From assembly GCF_036365525.1 (NCBI RefSeq), contig NC_090406.1, forward strand, positions 5,765,394 to 5,829,393: a stretch of 64,000 nucleotides of DNA, read 5' to 3'. This document shows positions 29,570 to 42,600 of the stretch, one piece after another (within the stretch, counting starts at the first letter, position 1; each line of letters begins with the position of its first letter). The notes under the pieces are model-generated. The model was not told the origin of the DNA. It searched no databases and saw only the letters and a list, made by a program, of their open reading frames with translations. Both the position numbers and the translations under genes were made by a program. The stretch comes from Heterodontus francisci. Taxonomy: Eukaryota.

Positions 29570-30470
29570 CACTCTCCACCATTTTTCACCATCTCCAGCA
29601 TGATGCCATCAAACATAACTTCCCCTCCCCTTTCAACATTCTAAAGGTACTGTTCTCTCCATGACACCTTGGTCCACTCTTTAGTCACCCCCAATACCCC
29701 CTCCCCACAGCACCTTTCCATGCAAGCACAGAAGATGCAACACCCACCCTTTCACCTCTTTCCTTCTCACCACCCAAGGTCCCAAACACACTTTCCAGAT
29801 GAAACAAGAGATTTACTTGTATTTCAATTTAGTATACAGTATTCAGTGCACACAATGTGGTCTTCTGTACACTGGGGAGACCAAATGCAGACTGAGTGCC
29901 CACTTTGTGCAAGACCCGAGCTTGGTGTTGCCTGTCATTTTAATTCTCCACCTTGCTCCCACTCTGACCTTTGTCCTGCTACAGTGTTCCAATCATACTC
30001 AACACCAGCTCAGGGAACTGCACCTCATCTTTCGACTGGGCACTTTACAGCCTCTCAGGCTCAATATCAAGTTCAATTTTAGATTGTAACCTCTACCCCC
30101 ATTTTGTTTCATTTTTCTTTTTAAAATTCTCATTTTTTTCCCTTTTTTGTTTTCAGATAGAAGTTATTCAGGATCCTGTCATTCGCACCTTCAAGACACA
30201 TCTTTTGTTTCTTCACCTGTCCCATTATCACTCCCTTTGGCCTTGCACCATGAACCCTTTTATCATTTAATATCACCTGCCCTCCACCCTATGACAGACC
30301 TTTCCTTTTGTTATTCTTTCCCTTCTCCCCCAACCATTTACTTCCTTAAAACCCATCAAATCTCTAACATTTCCCAGTTCTGATGAAAGATCACTGACCT
30401 GAAACATTAACTGTGTTTCTCCGCCGAAGATGCTGTCAGACCTGCTAAGTATTTTCAGTTTTAAGTTTTG
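29570..30470 (+). mobile_element. Penelope-like element remnant (GIY-YIG endonuclease plus terminal repeat)
   Basis: ORF 29799-30089 VYSIQCTQCGLLYTGETKCRL...ELHLIFRLGTLQP.RLN; inverted copy of 30212-30262 at ~29358-29408; hammerhead-like motif downstream. Confidence 0.8.
30375..30413 (+). ncRNA. Minimal type I hammerhead ribozyme motif (Penelope-associated, partly decayed)
   Basis: CAGTT-CTGATGA-A-AGATC.ACT.GACCT-GAAAC-ATT-AACTG: stem I CAGTT/AACTG, canonical CUGAUGA and GAAA boxes. Confidence 0.6.
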
Positions 30471-30903
30471 ATTTGTTCTGAAATGCAGTCGCTGTTGTAA
30501 TATAGGCAACACAGCAGCCAATTTGCACACAGCAAGCTCCCACAAACAGCAATGAGATAATGACCAGATAAGCGGTTTTGGTGGTGTAGGCTGTCCCTTC
30601 AGCTGCCAAGGCCTTAAGCTCAGGAATTCCTTCCCGAAAACACACTCTTGTCCTTTAAGATGCTCCTTTAAATCCTACCTCTTTGAACAAGCTTTTGGTC
30701 AATTGCCCTAATATCTCCTTTGGTCAATGTCAAATTTTGTTTGATAACACCCCTATGAAATGCCTTGGGGCATTTTACTACATTAAAAGCGCTATCTAAA
30801 TAAAAGTTGTTGCTGTTGTATGGAGTTGGACAGCTTTGAAGTCCTGGGCAAAAGATAGTTCGACAGTTTCTTATTTCAAAACAGATGGAAGACATAGCGA
30901 GAA

Positions 30904-31244
30904 AGGGTGGCACAGTGGTTAGCACCGCAGCCTCACAGCTCCAGTGACCCGGGTTGAGTCCTGGGTACCGTCTGTGAAGAGTTTGCATTTTCTCCCAGTG
31001 ACCGTGTGGGTTTCCGCCGGGTGCTCCGGTTTCCTCCCACAGCCAAAGACTTGCAGGTTGATAGGTAAATTGGCTGTTGTAAATTGCTACCTAGTGGAGG
31101 TAAGTGGTAGGACAATGGTGGGGATGTGGTAGGGGATATGGGATTAATGTAGGATTAGTATAAATGGGTGGTTGTTGGTTGGCACAGACTTGGTGGGCCG
31201 AAGGGCCTGTTTCAGTGCTGTATCTCTAAATAAATAAAATAAAA
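30904..31244 (+). mobile_element. tRNA-derived V-SINE (HE1-like)
   Basis: Same family as 10797-11133, opposite strand; (TAAA)n tail. Confidence 0.88.
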
Positions 31245-32194
31245 CAAACATGTAAGGCAAAGTATTAAAAAAGACAATGGGGGAGGGAAGAGAAAGAGAG
31301 GTAGGTTGGAGGCTGGGGGTGAGGAAAGGATTACTTGGTGGGGGGGGGGGGGGGGGGGAGAAGAGAAAAACAAGTCAGTAGAAGAATAATTGTGGAAAGG
31401 TCAGAGATCAACTCTTAAAATGTAAGGCTATTTTCCCCCTACATCAAGTTGAAACTTGTCTTTAACTACACAATTTTGCTTTTCAGTTTCACATGAAGTA
31501 AAACAATTTAGGAGAAAATCTCAACAACTACTCGTAAACACTGGGATCAGAGTTTGATGATTAACTTTTCTTTCTTTAACCTTTGACCACTATTTCCAAA
31601 AGCAGTTTAAAAATAAAGCACAAACATAAGTACAACATCCCGTTACGTGCCAAGTTCTAGAGTTTCCACAGATAGCAAATTTATGGAAACTGGATAGGTT
31701 CCTTTTTCCTTCTGTAGGTTAATTAACCATTGTTTGTAACACTCTGTGACAACTTGGTGTTGACAGAATTAGGGAAGATCAAGAACGAACACAATGGTAA
31801 CTGCCCTCTGAAATGGCCTCAAGTCATTGCTATATAAAACCACTACAGAAACAAAGAATAAAACTGGACAGGCCACACGAAAACGACAAAGACATACCTT
31901 GCCTAGTTGGCCCTATAGTCCTTCTCACCATCAAGGAACTTAGAGCTGTCCCACAGACTCGAGCAACAGCCTGACAGTCATACTCACCAAATCATACCTT
32001 ACAGCCAATATCCCAGACTCCTCCATCACCAGGAGGTCAGATCAACCAGAAGCAGCAGCACAGTGATATAGAGTGGCGGCACTGGGAGTCCGCAACATTG
32101 ACTCCAGACCCAGTGAAATGGAGAGGGGTGCTAACTCATTTAAACAGCTCAACACCTCCCTTATGAGGAATATAAAGAAAAGGATGTGAACTTA

Positions 32195-32490
32195 TGTAGC
32201 ACCTTTCACATCAGAACATCCCAAAGTGCTTTACAGCCAATTATATTTAGTGTGTAGTTGTTACAATTTAGGAAACATGGCAGCCAATTTGCACACAGCA
32301 AGCTCCCACAAACAGCAATGTGATAATAAGCAGATAATCTGCTCGTGACATATATTGGTCCAGGACACCAGAGAGAAATCCCGTTCTTCAAAAAACGTTA
32401 CGGGATCTTTAACGTCCGCCTCGATTTAACATCTCATTCAAAAGACACCACCACCCGACAGTGCAGCATCCAACATGACTGCACTGAAGC
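32195..32490 (-). mobile_element. Deu-domain SINE remnant
   Basis: GCAGCCAATTTGCACACAGCAAGCTCCCACAAACAGCAATG core; similar remnants at ~30480-30590, 33860-34095, 40110-40440 and 55060-55440. Confidence 0.65.
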
Positions 32491-34369
32491 AAGTGCAGTT
32501 AGCAATAAAGCATTTGTAACTGATGTTCGCCAATTGGAAAATGTGTTAGTTTCGGCAGGATGTTGGATCAAGGTGGGGACTGCTTCACAGCCAAGCTCAC
32601 TTTTGCAGGATAGCAGTAGTGGGGTAGGGGGAAAAAGGGGTACATTGCTAGGCCATTTTTAGAGGGTAGTTAAGTATCAACCACATTGCTGTGGGTCTGG
32701 AGTCACATATAGGCCAGACCAGGTAAGAACAGCAGATTCCCTGACCTAAAGTGAACCAGATGGGGTTTTATGGCAACCCAGTAACTTCACGGACACCATT
32801 ACTGATACTAGCTTTTTCTTCCAGATTTATTTAGTTGATTGAATTTAAATTCTCCAACTCCTTGGCGGAATTTGAACTCATGGCTTCAGATTAGTCCAGG
32901 CCTCTGGTTTACTAGTCCAGCAACATAACCACTGTGCTACTCTACCCCTGCAATGCAGTCCTAGTGGACTGCTGCACTGTCACAGGTGCCCTCTTTTGAA
33001 CCAAGTTCCCTGCTGTCTGATGCACTAGGTTAGGTGGATTTTGAAAGATCCTATACGACTTAGAGATTAGAGAATTTCCTCAGCCAATACTAACACCAAC
33101 CGCCCCCCCCCCCACCCCCACCCCACCCCCTCAGCCACCAGTACCAAAAACAAAGTTAGCTGGTCAGTCATTTCATGGCTATTTGTGGGATCTTACAGTG
33201 TGCAATCTGGCTATTACATTTGCCTACGTAATAGTTACTTACAGAAAAAGTAATTTGCCTGAAGGACTTTGAGACACAATGAAGTTGTAGATAAATGTAA
33301 GTCTCTATTTGCATGTTAGTTTCAAACTGGGTCATACTCAGCCAATTTTTCTTTTGTACTTTTAAATAAAAGAAAAATTAGATTAAATTGGCAATTTGCT
33401 TTTATTACCAACACAATTCGCAAGTCAAAAGTTTTTGCAGATAAATGTTACACTGACATACTGTTCAGATGTAATTTGAAAACTGTTTGCATGGGAGATC
33501 TGATAACTCATTAAGTCAAGGAAGATACAAGTTTTATGGATTAATAAAAAGTAATTCTTACATGATTCTCTTCCACAAATCTGTAATTTTATATTATGGC
33601 ACATCTTCGTAGAAATAATCTGTGAACAGCCCTGATTTAAAGAAAAATATTTGCATTTATTTTGCCTAACCCTGTAAAACATCTAAAAAAAAATCCACTG
33701 TGAAATACTGGAGTACAGCAACCTTATTACCTAGGGAGCCATTAGCAAGGTCCTACATACAGCAAGACTGATGACTAATTAATATGCCCAGGGCCATAAC
33801 ACTGCTTTTTTGCCCAAATAGCATAACGGGAATTCATTTGAACATAAACTGTTCAGTTTATCATTTACAACCTCAGGACATCAAAAGTACTTCAATGTAA
33901 AGCACTTTTGTAAGTGTAGTCACTGTTTTAATATAGGAAATGCGGCAGGCCAATTGACACACAGCAAACTCCCACATCAGCAATGTGTGACCAGATAGAT
34001 CTGTTTGTGATGTTGGTTGAGGGATAAATCTTTTCCAACCACCCGAGGGGGCACCTCAAGAGTGCAGCACTTCATCAGTATTGCACCAGAGTGCTAGGAT
34101 ACAGATCAGAAAGGTCCAGGTTTGATCCCCTACCTTTGAGTTGAATTCTTTGAAAGAGCTATCCAATTAGGCCCACACTCCTTGCTCTTTCCCCATAGCC
34201 CGGCAAAATTCTTCCTCTTCGAATATTTATCTGATTCTCTCGACGTTACTATTGAATCTGCTACAACCACCCTTTCAGATGGAATGCACTATCTCCCAGT
34301 TTCCTTCGCCAATTACCTTAAATCTGTGCCCTATGATTACCAACCTTCCTGCTACTGGGAGGTTTTTCC

Positions 34370-34910
34370 TTAGAGTATTACATCCAGTTCTGGTCATCAC
34401 ACTTTAGGAAAAATGTGTGGGCCCTTGAGAGGGTGCAGAGAAGATTTACCAGAATGGTTCCAGGCATGAGGGATTTTAAGCTCTGTTCGGTTGGAGAAGC
34501 TTGCATTATTCTCCTTGGAGCAAAGGAGTTTGAGGAGTGATCCAATAATGTACAAGATTGACAGGTTTAAATAAGACCAACAAAGAAAAGCTGTTACCAT
34601 TAGCTGATTGTACAAGGATTAGGGGAAACAGATTGAAGGTTTTGAGCAAGAGATATGGGAAGATGTGAGGAAGAACTTTTTTTTAATGCAGCGAATGGTA
34701 ATGATCTGGAACTTGCTGCCTACGAGGGTGCTGGAGGCAGAGACTATGATTTCAAAAGGAAACTGAACAGGTACTTGATGGAAATATACTTGCAGGGCTA
34801 TAGGAATAGAGCAGGAGAATGGGACTGACCAGATTGCTCTAGAGAGAGCTGCCATGCACTCGATGGGCCCAATGACATCCTTCTGTGCCATAATGACTAT
34901 GACTCTATAA
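34370..34910 (+). mobile_element. Old CR1 3' fragment
   Basis: CAGTTCTGGTCA...GAGAGGGTGCAGAGAAGATTTACCAGAATG; ends in a TATGACTC-type tail. Confidence 0.7.
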
Positions 34911-35663
34911 ACTCAATTTTGACCATTAAAATTCATTAATAAAAAAACTCTGCACTTCCCTGCTTCTGTATTTTTGTTCATACCCAGTATCCTCAAACAA
35001 AATACTGACCAAGTGTCAAAATCCTCTCAAGCTGGAGAAGGAAGTCAAATTGATAATTTCAGGTCATAAAATATACAACACAAAACGGGTCATTCAGCCC
35101 AAATGGTCCAAACTGGTGTGTATGCTTCACATAAGCCTCCTCCCACCTTACTTCATCTAACCTTATCAGCACATCCTTCTCTTTGTTTCTCCCTTGTTTA
35201 TTTAGCTACTCCTTAAATGCATCTATGCTACTCACCACAAGCAATCCCTACAGTAAGAGTTCCGCATTCTCACCACTAAGATGTAAAAAAAAGTCAACCA
35301 CTCACAAATCAGTTTCATGTACATTTTTAATAAATACTTTTCTTTGATAATTCCTATTTACAATTTGTACAGGTTTGGTAGGCACATTTGAAGGAGGCAA
35401 CAAGCTTTAACCAAAACCTCCAGAGACAAATTAAAGGTTACACTTTGCAAATTTTTGCAGGATTTGCTGAATCCAGTGTGAGAATTTAGACAGCAGACAT
35501 TTTAAGCTGTTTTAGAGCAGCAATTAAAAAAAAAAAAAACTTGGCAAGGTATGCTGCAGAAACTTCTGGTAACAAACCTGGAGATGTGCAGTTATTTCAA
35601 AATACCGATGGCTGACCATTGACCACTTAATAAGTGGGCAAAGAATGAATTTGTGTTTCGAAA

Positions 35664-36090
35664 GCACCTTTCACAAACTCAGGATGTCCTAAAAGTGCTT
35701 TACAATGAAATACTTCTTTTTTAAAAAGTGTACTGCTGTAATATAGGAAACGCAGCAACCAATTTGCCCACAAGCTCCCAAAAAACAATAAGATAAGTGA
35801 CCAGATAATTTGCTTTATGTGTTGGCTGAGGGATACATATTGGCAACGCTACCGGGGAGAACGACCCTGTTCTTCCAATAGTTCTGTGGGATCTTTTACA
35901 TCTACCCAAAGAGGCAGGTGGGGCATCAGTTTACCATGTTATCCAAATGACTGCACCTCCAACAGTGCAGCACTCCCTTGGTATTGCACTGGGAGTGTCA
36001 GCCTGGATTTTGTGCTCAAAGTCTCAAGTGGGACTCAAACCCACAACCTTCTGACTCTGAAGGGAGAAAGCTATCGCTGAGCCATAACTG
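35664..36090 (-). mobile_element. Deu-domain SINE, near full length
   Basis: tRNA-like head (TATGGCTCAGCGATAGC...GGGTTTGAGTCCCAC on the minus strand) plus Deu core plus tail. Confidence 0.7.
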
Positions 36091-39000
36091 ACACCAGATG
36101 TTCACCCGGGGTACACTTGGGTTATGTTACAACTCACAATGTAAATTCACAGATTTGCAAGAACACATTGTTTTTCTGTTTTTTGCAATTTAGGATTGGA
36201 AAAGGGGTACAGAATAATTGTGTATCCTTAGTCCTTAGTTTGAATTACGACAAGCTGAAGTTCTTTTTAAAGCACTCTAAAGTTGCTCTCCTTGCTCAAT
36301 AGATACTGCAAAATTAATCAAATATAAAAAACCAGGGCCAATGCTTTGATGAGTTAACAAAAACTTGATGCAGGACACTGGTAGACACAGGCCTGGTCTG
36401 TTTTAATTTTGCTCTGGGATTTATTTTCGATGCATGCATCAGCTTACCAGATTCAGGCAACTGAACAAATTGAAAGGAACAGAATAGAAAATTCTTTGGG
36501 CCATTCATCTCCAGTCTCTGTGTGTTAACTAAAACCCAGATAACTGTAGATTGTTTATATAAAGCTAAAGAATGCCTTGGCAAGAGCATAAGCATCATTT
36601 CTCATCCATTAATTGACTGCTAACTTTCAGGGAGTACAGCATCAAGAAGTCCAACTAGTGATAAGACTCAGCCCAGTACAGAGTGTGAATTAGAAAACCA
36701 ACCTTATTATTGCCACTATTCCAACTGCCAGGACAGCCAAAACAGACAAGTTCGATTTTTCCTTATTTTCTCCCTCCCACCATCCCCTCTCCAATTGCTC
36801 TCTCCTGGGGTAATTTTACAGGTACCAAGCATCCTCGGGAACCCCCATGTTATTGCCCCTCCACCTCTCAAAGTAGTCACTTCATAGACAGTGTAAGATG
36901 TCACTGTGGAATGCACTACAGGTGAGCCTGATGCTTGCTCTTAACCAGAGCCTCACACATTTCCCAGTAGGAATCACACACACTGAGCAGTTCCTTTGAA
37001 GTTAGCGGAGGAGCATTGGATAAGCAAATCCAGAGCTCGCTCTAACCCACAGTACATGGATATATGATAAATGTAAACACAGCTGGAGTCTGAACACATA
37101 TTCCATTTTTTCTAGGTTCAAGGGCATAGAAACGACGATCACGTGCCCTGGGAGAAACCAGTATGTCAACTAGTTCATATTAACATTTTAAAAAAATTAT
37201 ATAAGCTGACAATTTTCTCACCTCCTTTGAAAGGGGGTGGGGGTGAGTAACATTTTTATTGGACTGCACATGCGATCAAGCCAGGCCAGTTCAGCATAAT
37301 AAATCAAGCTCCAGAGCATGGGAGGCACCAAATCTTCTACTTGTTCAGCTGGCCACATGAGGGTGGCCAGTGTGAGCAATGCTGTGGGGTGGGAAGCAGA
37401 GGGGAAAAAAATCAAATCGACAGCAACTATACTTCAAAATTTAAAAGAAAAAAAGTCAGGTTTTTGGCTTAGTGGGTGACAGGTGGGTCCAGCTCTGAGC
37501 AGAGTACATCCAGGGTGAATAAGGAACCACATAGAGCGACTCTGCGACAAGTGGAAGAACTGATGTGGTCTTGTGGGTCCCACACCAAGCTGGCATTCCA
37601 TATTAAAACACACTGGAATGGTATGGATTCTGGTTAAGTTGCTGCTCTAATATTCCAACATAAGAACGGAGTATCACAGCTGTATCGGTGCTGCATGACA
37701 CACACCATTTGAGTGAGAGGTGCCCAGGAGATGCAGCAAGTCACTACACTCACTGAAATCCTAACAAGTGTCACTTTCATCACAACCGAATTGGCCTGCC
37801 TTTGCTGCCCAGTACTTGCTTGCCTCTAAAATCCCATCATCTGAGCGTCTATAGCTCAATCCTGACAGCAAGTAATTGTGTGTAGGGGATAGCGTGGAGT
37901 TGTATTCTAGAAACACTCCCTATTATGTTACTCGAAAGCAGAAATATACTAGCCATTATAAATGCTATTTACTCTTCCTTGGACGACAATGCTGTCTACA
38001 ATCTTCACAATCACGTTGAACCCGAATCCTGATGGGGGTAATAACTTGCCAAAAAATGTCACGCGTATAAAGTTCTGTTTTAACCACAGCCCAATCTAAA
38101 CAAAAACAGAACAATTATATTTCTAAGACTGTACAGTGGACTAGCCATCCAACAGCAACATGTAGACAAATGCAAAGCCCCACAGACAAATAACCCAAAT
38201 ACATGTTCCTGTTCACTGGTCTCTGTGAAATTTAAGTCAGTTGAATGCATTATTGGTCTTTTGCCAACATCTGAACTTAAAACTTGGGTGGCCTTGAATT
38301 TCTAAGATTAAACTAGAGCACCGCCTTGTTACTTTTTACGGACCGGTTAGCTACCAGGGTACTCTGCTGTGATTGTACAGTGGAGCAAACTGCAATACTA
38401 CCACCAGCTTGAATTTCCTGTGCCCTGCTTCCCCCGGTGTCAATGCAGCAGAGTGGAATCCCCAGCCCAAGGCCAGAGGCCCTGACCCAAATTTCAGGGG
38501 CAGAATTATTTACATAGCCAGGCCAGTCCACCCCTTCCAATGCCAAGCAGAGTTCTCTGCAGTCCCAAATGGGCCAAAACTTTTTGGAACAGAGTTTTCA
38601 CGGGGGCCACTCCAACTGAAGGTGACTGATCCCCTCCAGAATCCACAACCTGACTCCAGTAAAGGTTCAGGGCCCATAGAAGACCTCAAAAGTGACATGT
38701 GCCTGGTCACAAGGGGGTGTGAGTTCTGCTGAAGCCTTTTCAGGAGCTAGAGTGAAGAATTTTCCAGGGAAACCCCACTGACACTCCCACTCCTGGAATT
38801 TCATGGTCCTACTGAAATATGGCATGATAGCATGGCACTCCTTGGATGTAAATGCTACTTACGCCCTTCCCAACTTCAGGAATCTCAGGTCCATTTTATA
38901 GAAAAAATTTGGGTGCACCCAACATATTGAATTGTAAGATTTCCTATTCTTAAATTGATCACGGATACCCGACCAGCACCAGTGCAGTGCAAAGCATCGC

Positions 39001-39561
39001 ACCAATATCAGATGCAGTATAATTGGAAATGTGCATGTTGAACATTTAAAGGCCCAGAGCATTTTATTTATTTATTAAACCACTGATCAAGAGTTCACAC
39101 AGGAGGTGGACTGCATACAAAATGGTTCGGTACATCGCTGTTCTGTGGCTGCACTATTCTCAGTCGAAGCAACGGGCAACAGTGCATCCCACAATTACAG
39201 ATGCACAGTAATTGTGTGACAGATGTAACCACAGTAAGTTCAACAAGCCTGGGGGCACAGCATGCCCATGGCCTCTGTCGAATTTATTTGATCAGCCACC
39301 TGAGTTAGTTACTACTACTAGCTTGGTTTTAGCTGGTAGTAAAGACCACAGCACCATCTCTGTAAACAGCCAACCTTGGCGCTTGCTAACCAGTACCTGG
39401 GTTTAGCAAAGGACTCAGTACCTGTACAGAAAAAGCATGCAGGTACTTCATAAATCAGGTAAACAGAGCGTGCATCTGCATGAATAGTTCAGTGGTCTGG
39501 TTTAGAGACTCTTCAGCGTACTGATCAGTTTCCAAGACCAGCAGAAATCCAGTACTTAGCA

Positions 39562-39664
39562 TATAATAAAAACAAGAAATGCTGGAATCACTCAGCGGGT
39601 CTGGCAGCATCTGTGGAAAGAGAAGCAGAGTTAACGTTTCGGGTCAGTGACCCTTCTTCGGAAC
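39562..39664 (-). mobile_element. ~100-bp Penelope-terminus unit with hammerhead-like motif, TSD-flanked
   Basis: TSD TCCAGTACTTAGCA at 39548-39561 and 39665-39678; minus strand (A)GTT-CCGAAGA-A-GGGTC.ACT.GACCC-GAAAC-GTT-AACT. Confidence 0.8.
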
Positions 39665-42600
39665 TCCAGTACTTAGCAATTGGACATCAGCAGTTCTATT
39701 ATATTTATTAGCTGAATATGTCTGCAATTATGTGGCATTGACAGATCAAGGATTCATGCAATCCTGAAATGTTAATTTATCAATGAACATTTAAGAGAGG
39801 TTAAATAAGTACAGGAGGGAGAAAGGAATGGAAGGTTTTCCTGCTATGGCCCAAGGTGGGAGGCAGCTCAGGGCAGATCAGGATCAAGGTGATAAATGGT
39901 TTACTCCTGTTTCTGCGTGTGGAACCCAAACACTGGCATTGACTAGCTGCTCCAAATGGCCTGTTGCTGTGCCGTTAGTTCTATGTAATATTGAACTTAC
40001 TGGCTTGTGTCAGCCACAAGAAGCCAAGCCTACACTGGGAGGGAAGGGAAGTGAGATCAGTATAATTTTTTTGATTCATGTTGTGTGGCAATACACTCAG
40101 TAATATCTCAGGACTTGGACCAAAGCACTTTACAGCCAATGAAGAGTAGTCATTGTTGTACTGTAGGAAACGCAGCAGCAAATCTGCACACAGAAAATTC
40201 CCACAAACACCAACGTGATAGTGATCAGAGAATATTTTTTTGATTAAGTGATGTTGGTTGACGGATAATTATTGGCCAGGATAACGGAGAATTCCCCTGC
40301 TCTTTTGCAGAATAGTGCCATGGGCTCTTGTGGCCACCTGAGACCGCAGGTGGGGCCTCAGTTTAATATCTTATCCTGAAAGTCAGCAGCTCTGACAGTG
40401 CAGCACTCCCTCAGTACTGCACTGGGGTGTCAGCCACAATTTTATATGCTAAAAGATGCTAAGCCATGGTAGCAGCAGATATGGTTCATTTTTCAAGGCA
40501 CAGAACTCTCCAACAAAAAAAAAATACAACTGGTATAAAACTGACAACTCATTGTGAATGCACCGGCAACAATTACTCTTGTAACAACTTCTAAATTAGC
40601 AACGCTTTAAGTGTGGAACAAATATTTCTTGCTATAAAATACATGATTAAATTACAATTTGACTTAATAATGCTTAAACACATCCCCCATATTTTCAGGT
40701 GGGATACAAGTCTCAGCAAGACAGAACCAATCTTAGACAGAAATAGATGGAAGATTTGTTAACACCATAGATATTCTTCTGTGGAAATAACACAGTAAGA
40801 TCTTAGCACCTGGTGAGAAGCAATTTTGAAGCAAAATTAAAAACTGCTCCTTTTGCCCTAATTATAAAGATTAGAAAGCTTGATCTCAAGGTCGGGGTGG
40901 ATTTAGGAGAACATCTTCCCTCAGCCAGTCACTGAGAACTAATAAAAGTCATGCAAAGTCCATAGGTGGACCCCTTGCTCTCCCAGCTGATGGGAGGAAA
41001 GTTCCTTTTTGAGGGCAAAGAGGAAGAGTGGAAAAGAAAACCATTTAGTATTTCTTTTTAAAGCAGAAGCTTACTTCCTATGACATGGCTGTACAGTGTG
41101 TTCGGCTGTACAATGCTCCTAACTTGGATGGTTCCAGTGGCCGAGACCCCCTTCCTGTCCTGGAGAGGGGTGCATACAGGGTCACCCCTACTCCCAGTTA
41201 GAAAGGAGATGACTGGGTAATTCTCCTGTCAAATCAAGTTTGGAATTGATTTTACGCACATTGTATTAAGCAACAATCCTCCACTCACTGCATTTTGCTG
41301 GAATAACAATCCTGCTTTTATTCAGAGATGTTACTGTATTTTGGTCATGAATTTTGTTCCTTAAAGTTTGTAGAGACTCCTTTAAAATAGACTCTGCAGA
41401 CTGTTTGCTGAAGTGCACTGTACAAATAGACTGCTGTACTATTGACTGCGCTACAAGTCCTGCCTCACTCCAACTCATTAGTTGTATTAATAGACACGCT
41501 GCTGGAGATAGCCAAGACATGGCTTGTGGAGGAAGGATTGGTATCAAGGTTTTTCAAACTCCATTGCTACATTTGAGGAAGAAGTGGCTTCCACTGCCCC
41601 TCCATGTGAAGTAAATTGTAACCAAATACCCAACACCTCAAAGTCCCAGGTACACATAAATAGCAGCATCCAAACTGAATTCACAATCTTTCTGTTCCCC
41701 ACATAAATTGAGTGTCAAGCCACTCTTTCAAAATATCTTCAAACTAGTAGCAAGAGCATTTCAAAGCCAACATTTAGAAGATTTCTGGAGCAATATCATA
41801 TTTAAAGACAACTTTGATCAAATACTGAGATCTATGCACGAAACTTGTTGTGGTCCTGGGCACCCACTGGTACCTCAGCCAAGTGGCAATGCATCATGCA
41901 ACAGTCCAGAGATAGCGATTGTCAACAGACCTCTGGCTGTGTGGAGTATCACAGCAGAGCACGATCATTTTTTAACCCAACATCCATGATGAAGTTCCCA
42001 GCAGGGTCCGTAGATATCGATTAAAAATTAACAGCTGATGCTCAGATCAACTACAGACCCTATGCTCCAAACATGTGACTTGGCTGAGATTAGTCAACTC
42101 GCTGCAGATCAAGGATTGAACCTGGAACTTTCTAAGCAGCAAGGCCACCTCTACCAATGCTAACTCAGCCTCTATACACCGACACACTGTCTACTGCTAA
42201 TTTATTGTAACCATCTTGCACGCTTCCATAGATGGAAGATAAGGAAGCAGTCATCACCTCCCTGTCTACACTGGGAGTTTGACCCACAGAACCCATCCAA
42301 CCACTTCCCAAGTCACAACTGGACAGCCTATAAAAGGATATCTGAAAACATTAGCCAGACCAGTAAACGTTTTGTATTTTGCTACAAACATTGCCTCAGC
42401 CCTGACAAAGCTCCAACAATAATGTTCATTCCAGAATGGCTCTAATGTTGTGAACACTAAGGCTAAGTTGACTGGTACCTATTGCAAGAAAAAGCTAGAG
42501 AAGGTAATCCGAAATGTTGTTTTTCCATTTTATATATATATATATATATCTAATTATATAATAAACTATTACAATAAATGTTACACCAACTATCATGTAG

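Noticed and set aside
30904-30965. tRNA-like sequences (also ~11070-11133 and ~25481-25545)
   Set aside because: SINE heads with A/B boxes, not full cloverleaf tRNA genes.
38373-38732. 119-aa ORF in the intergenic region
   Set aside because: No recognisable domain or splice context; likely chance or an old non-coding repeat.
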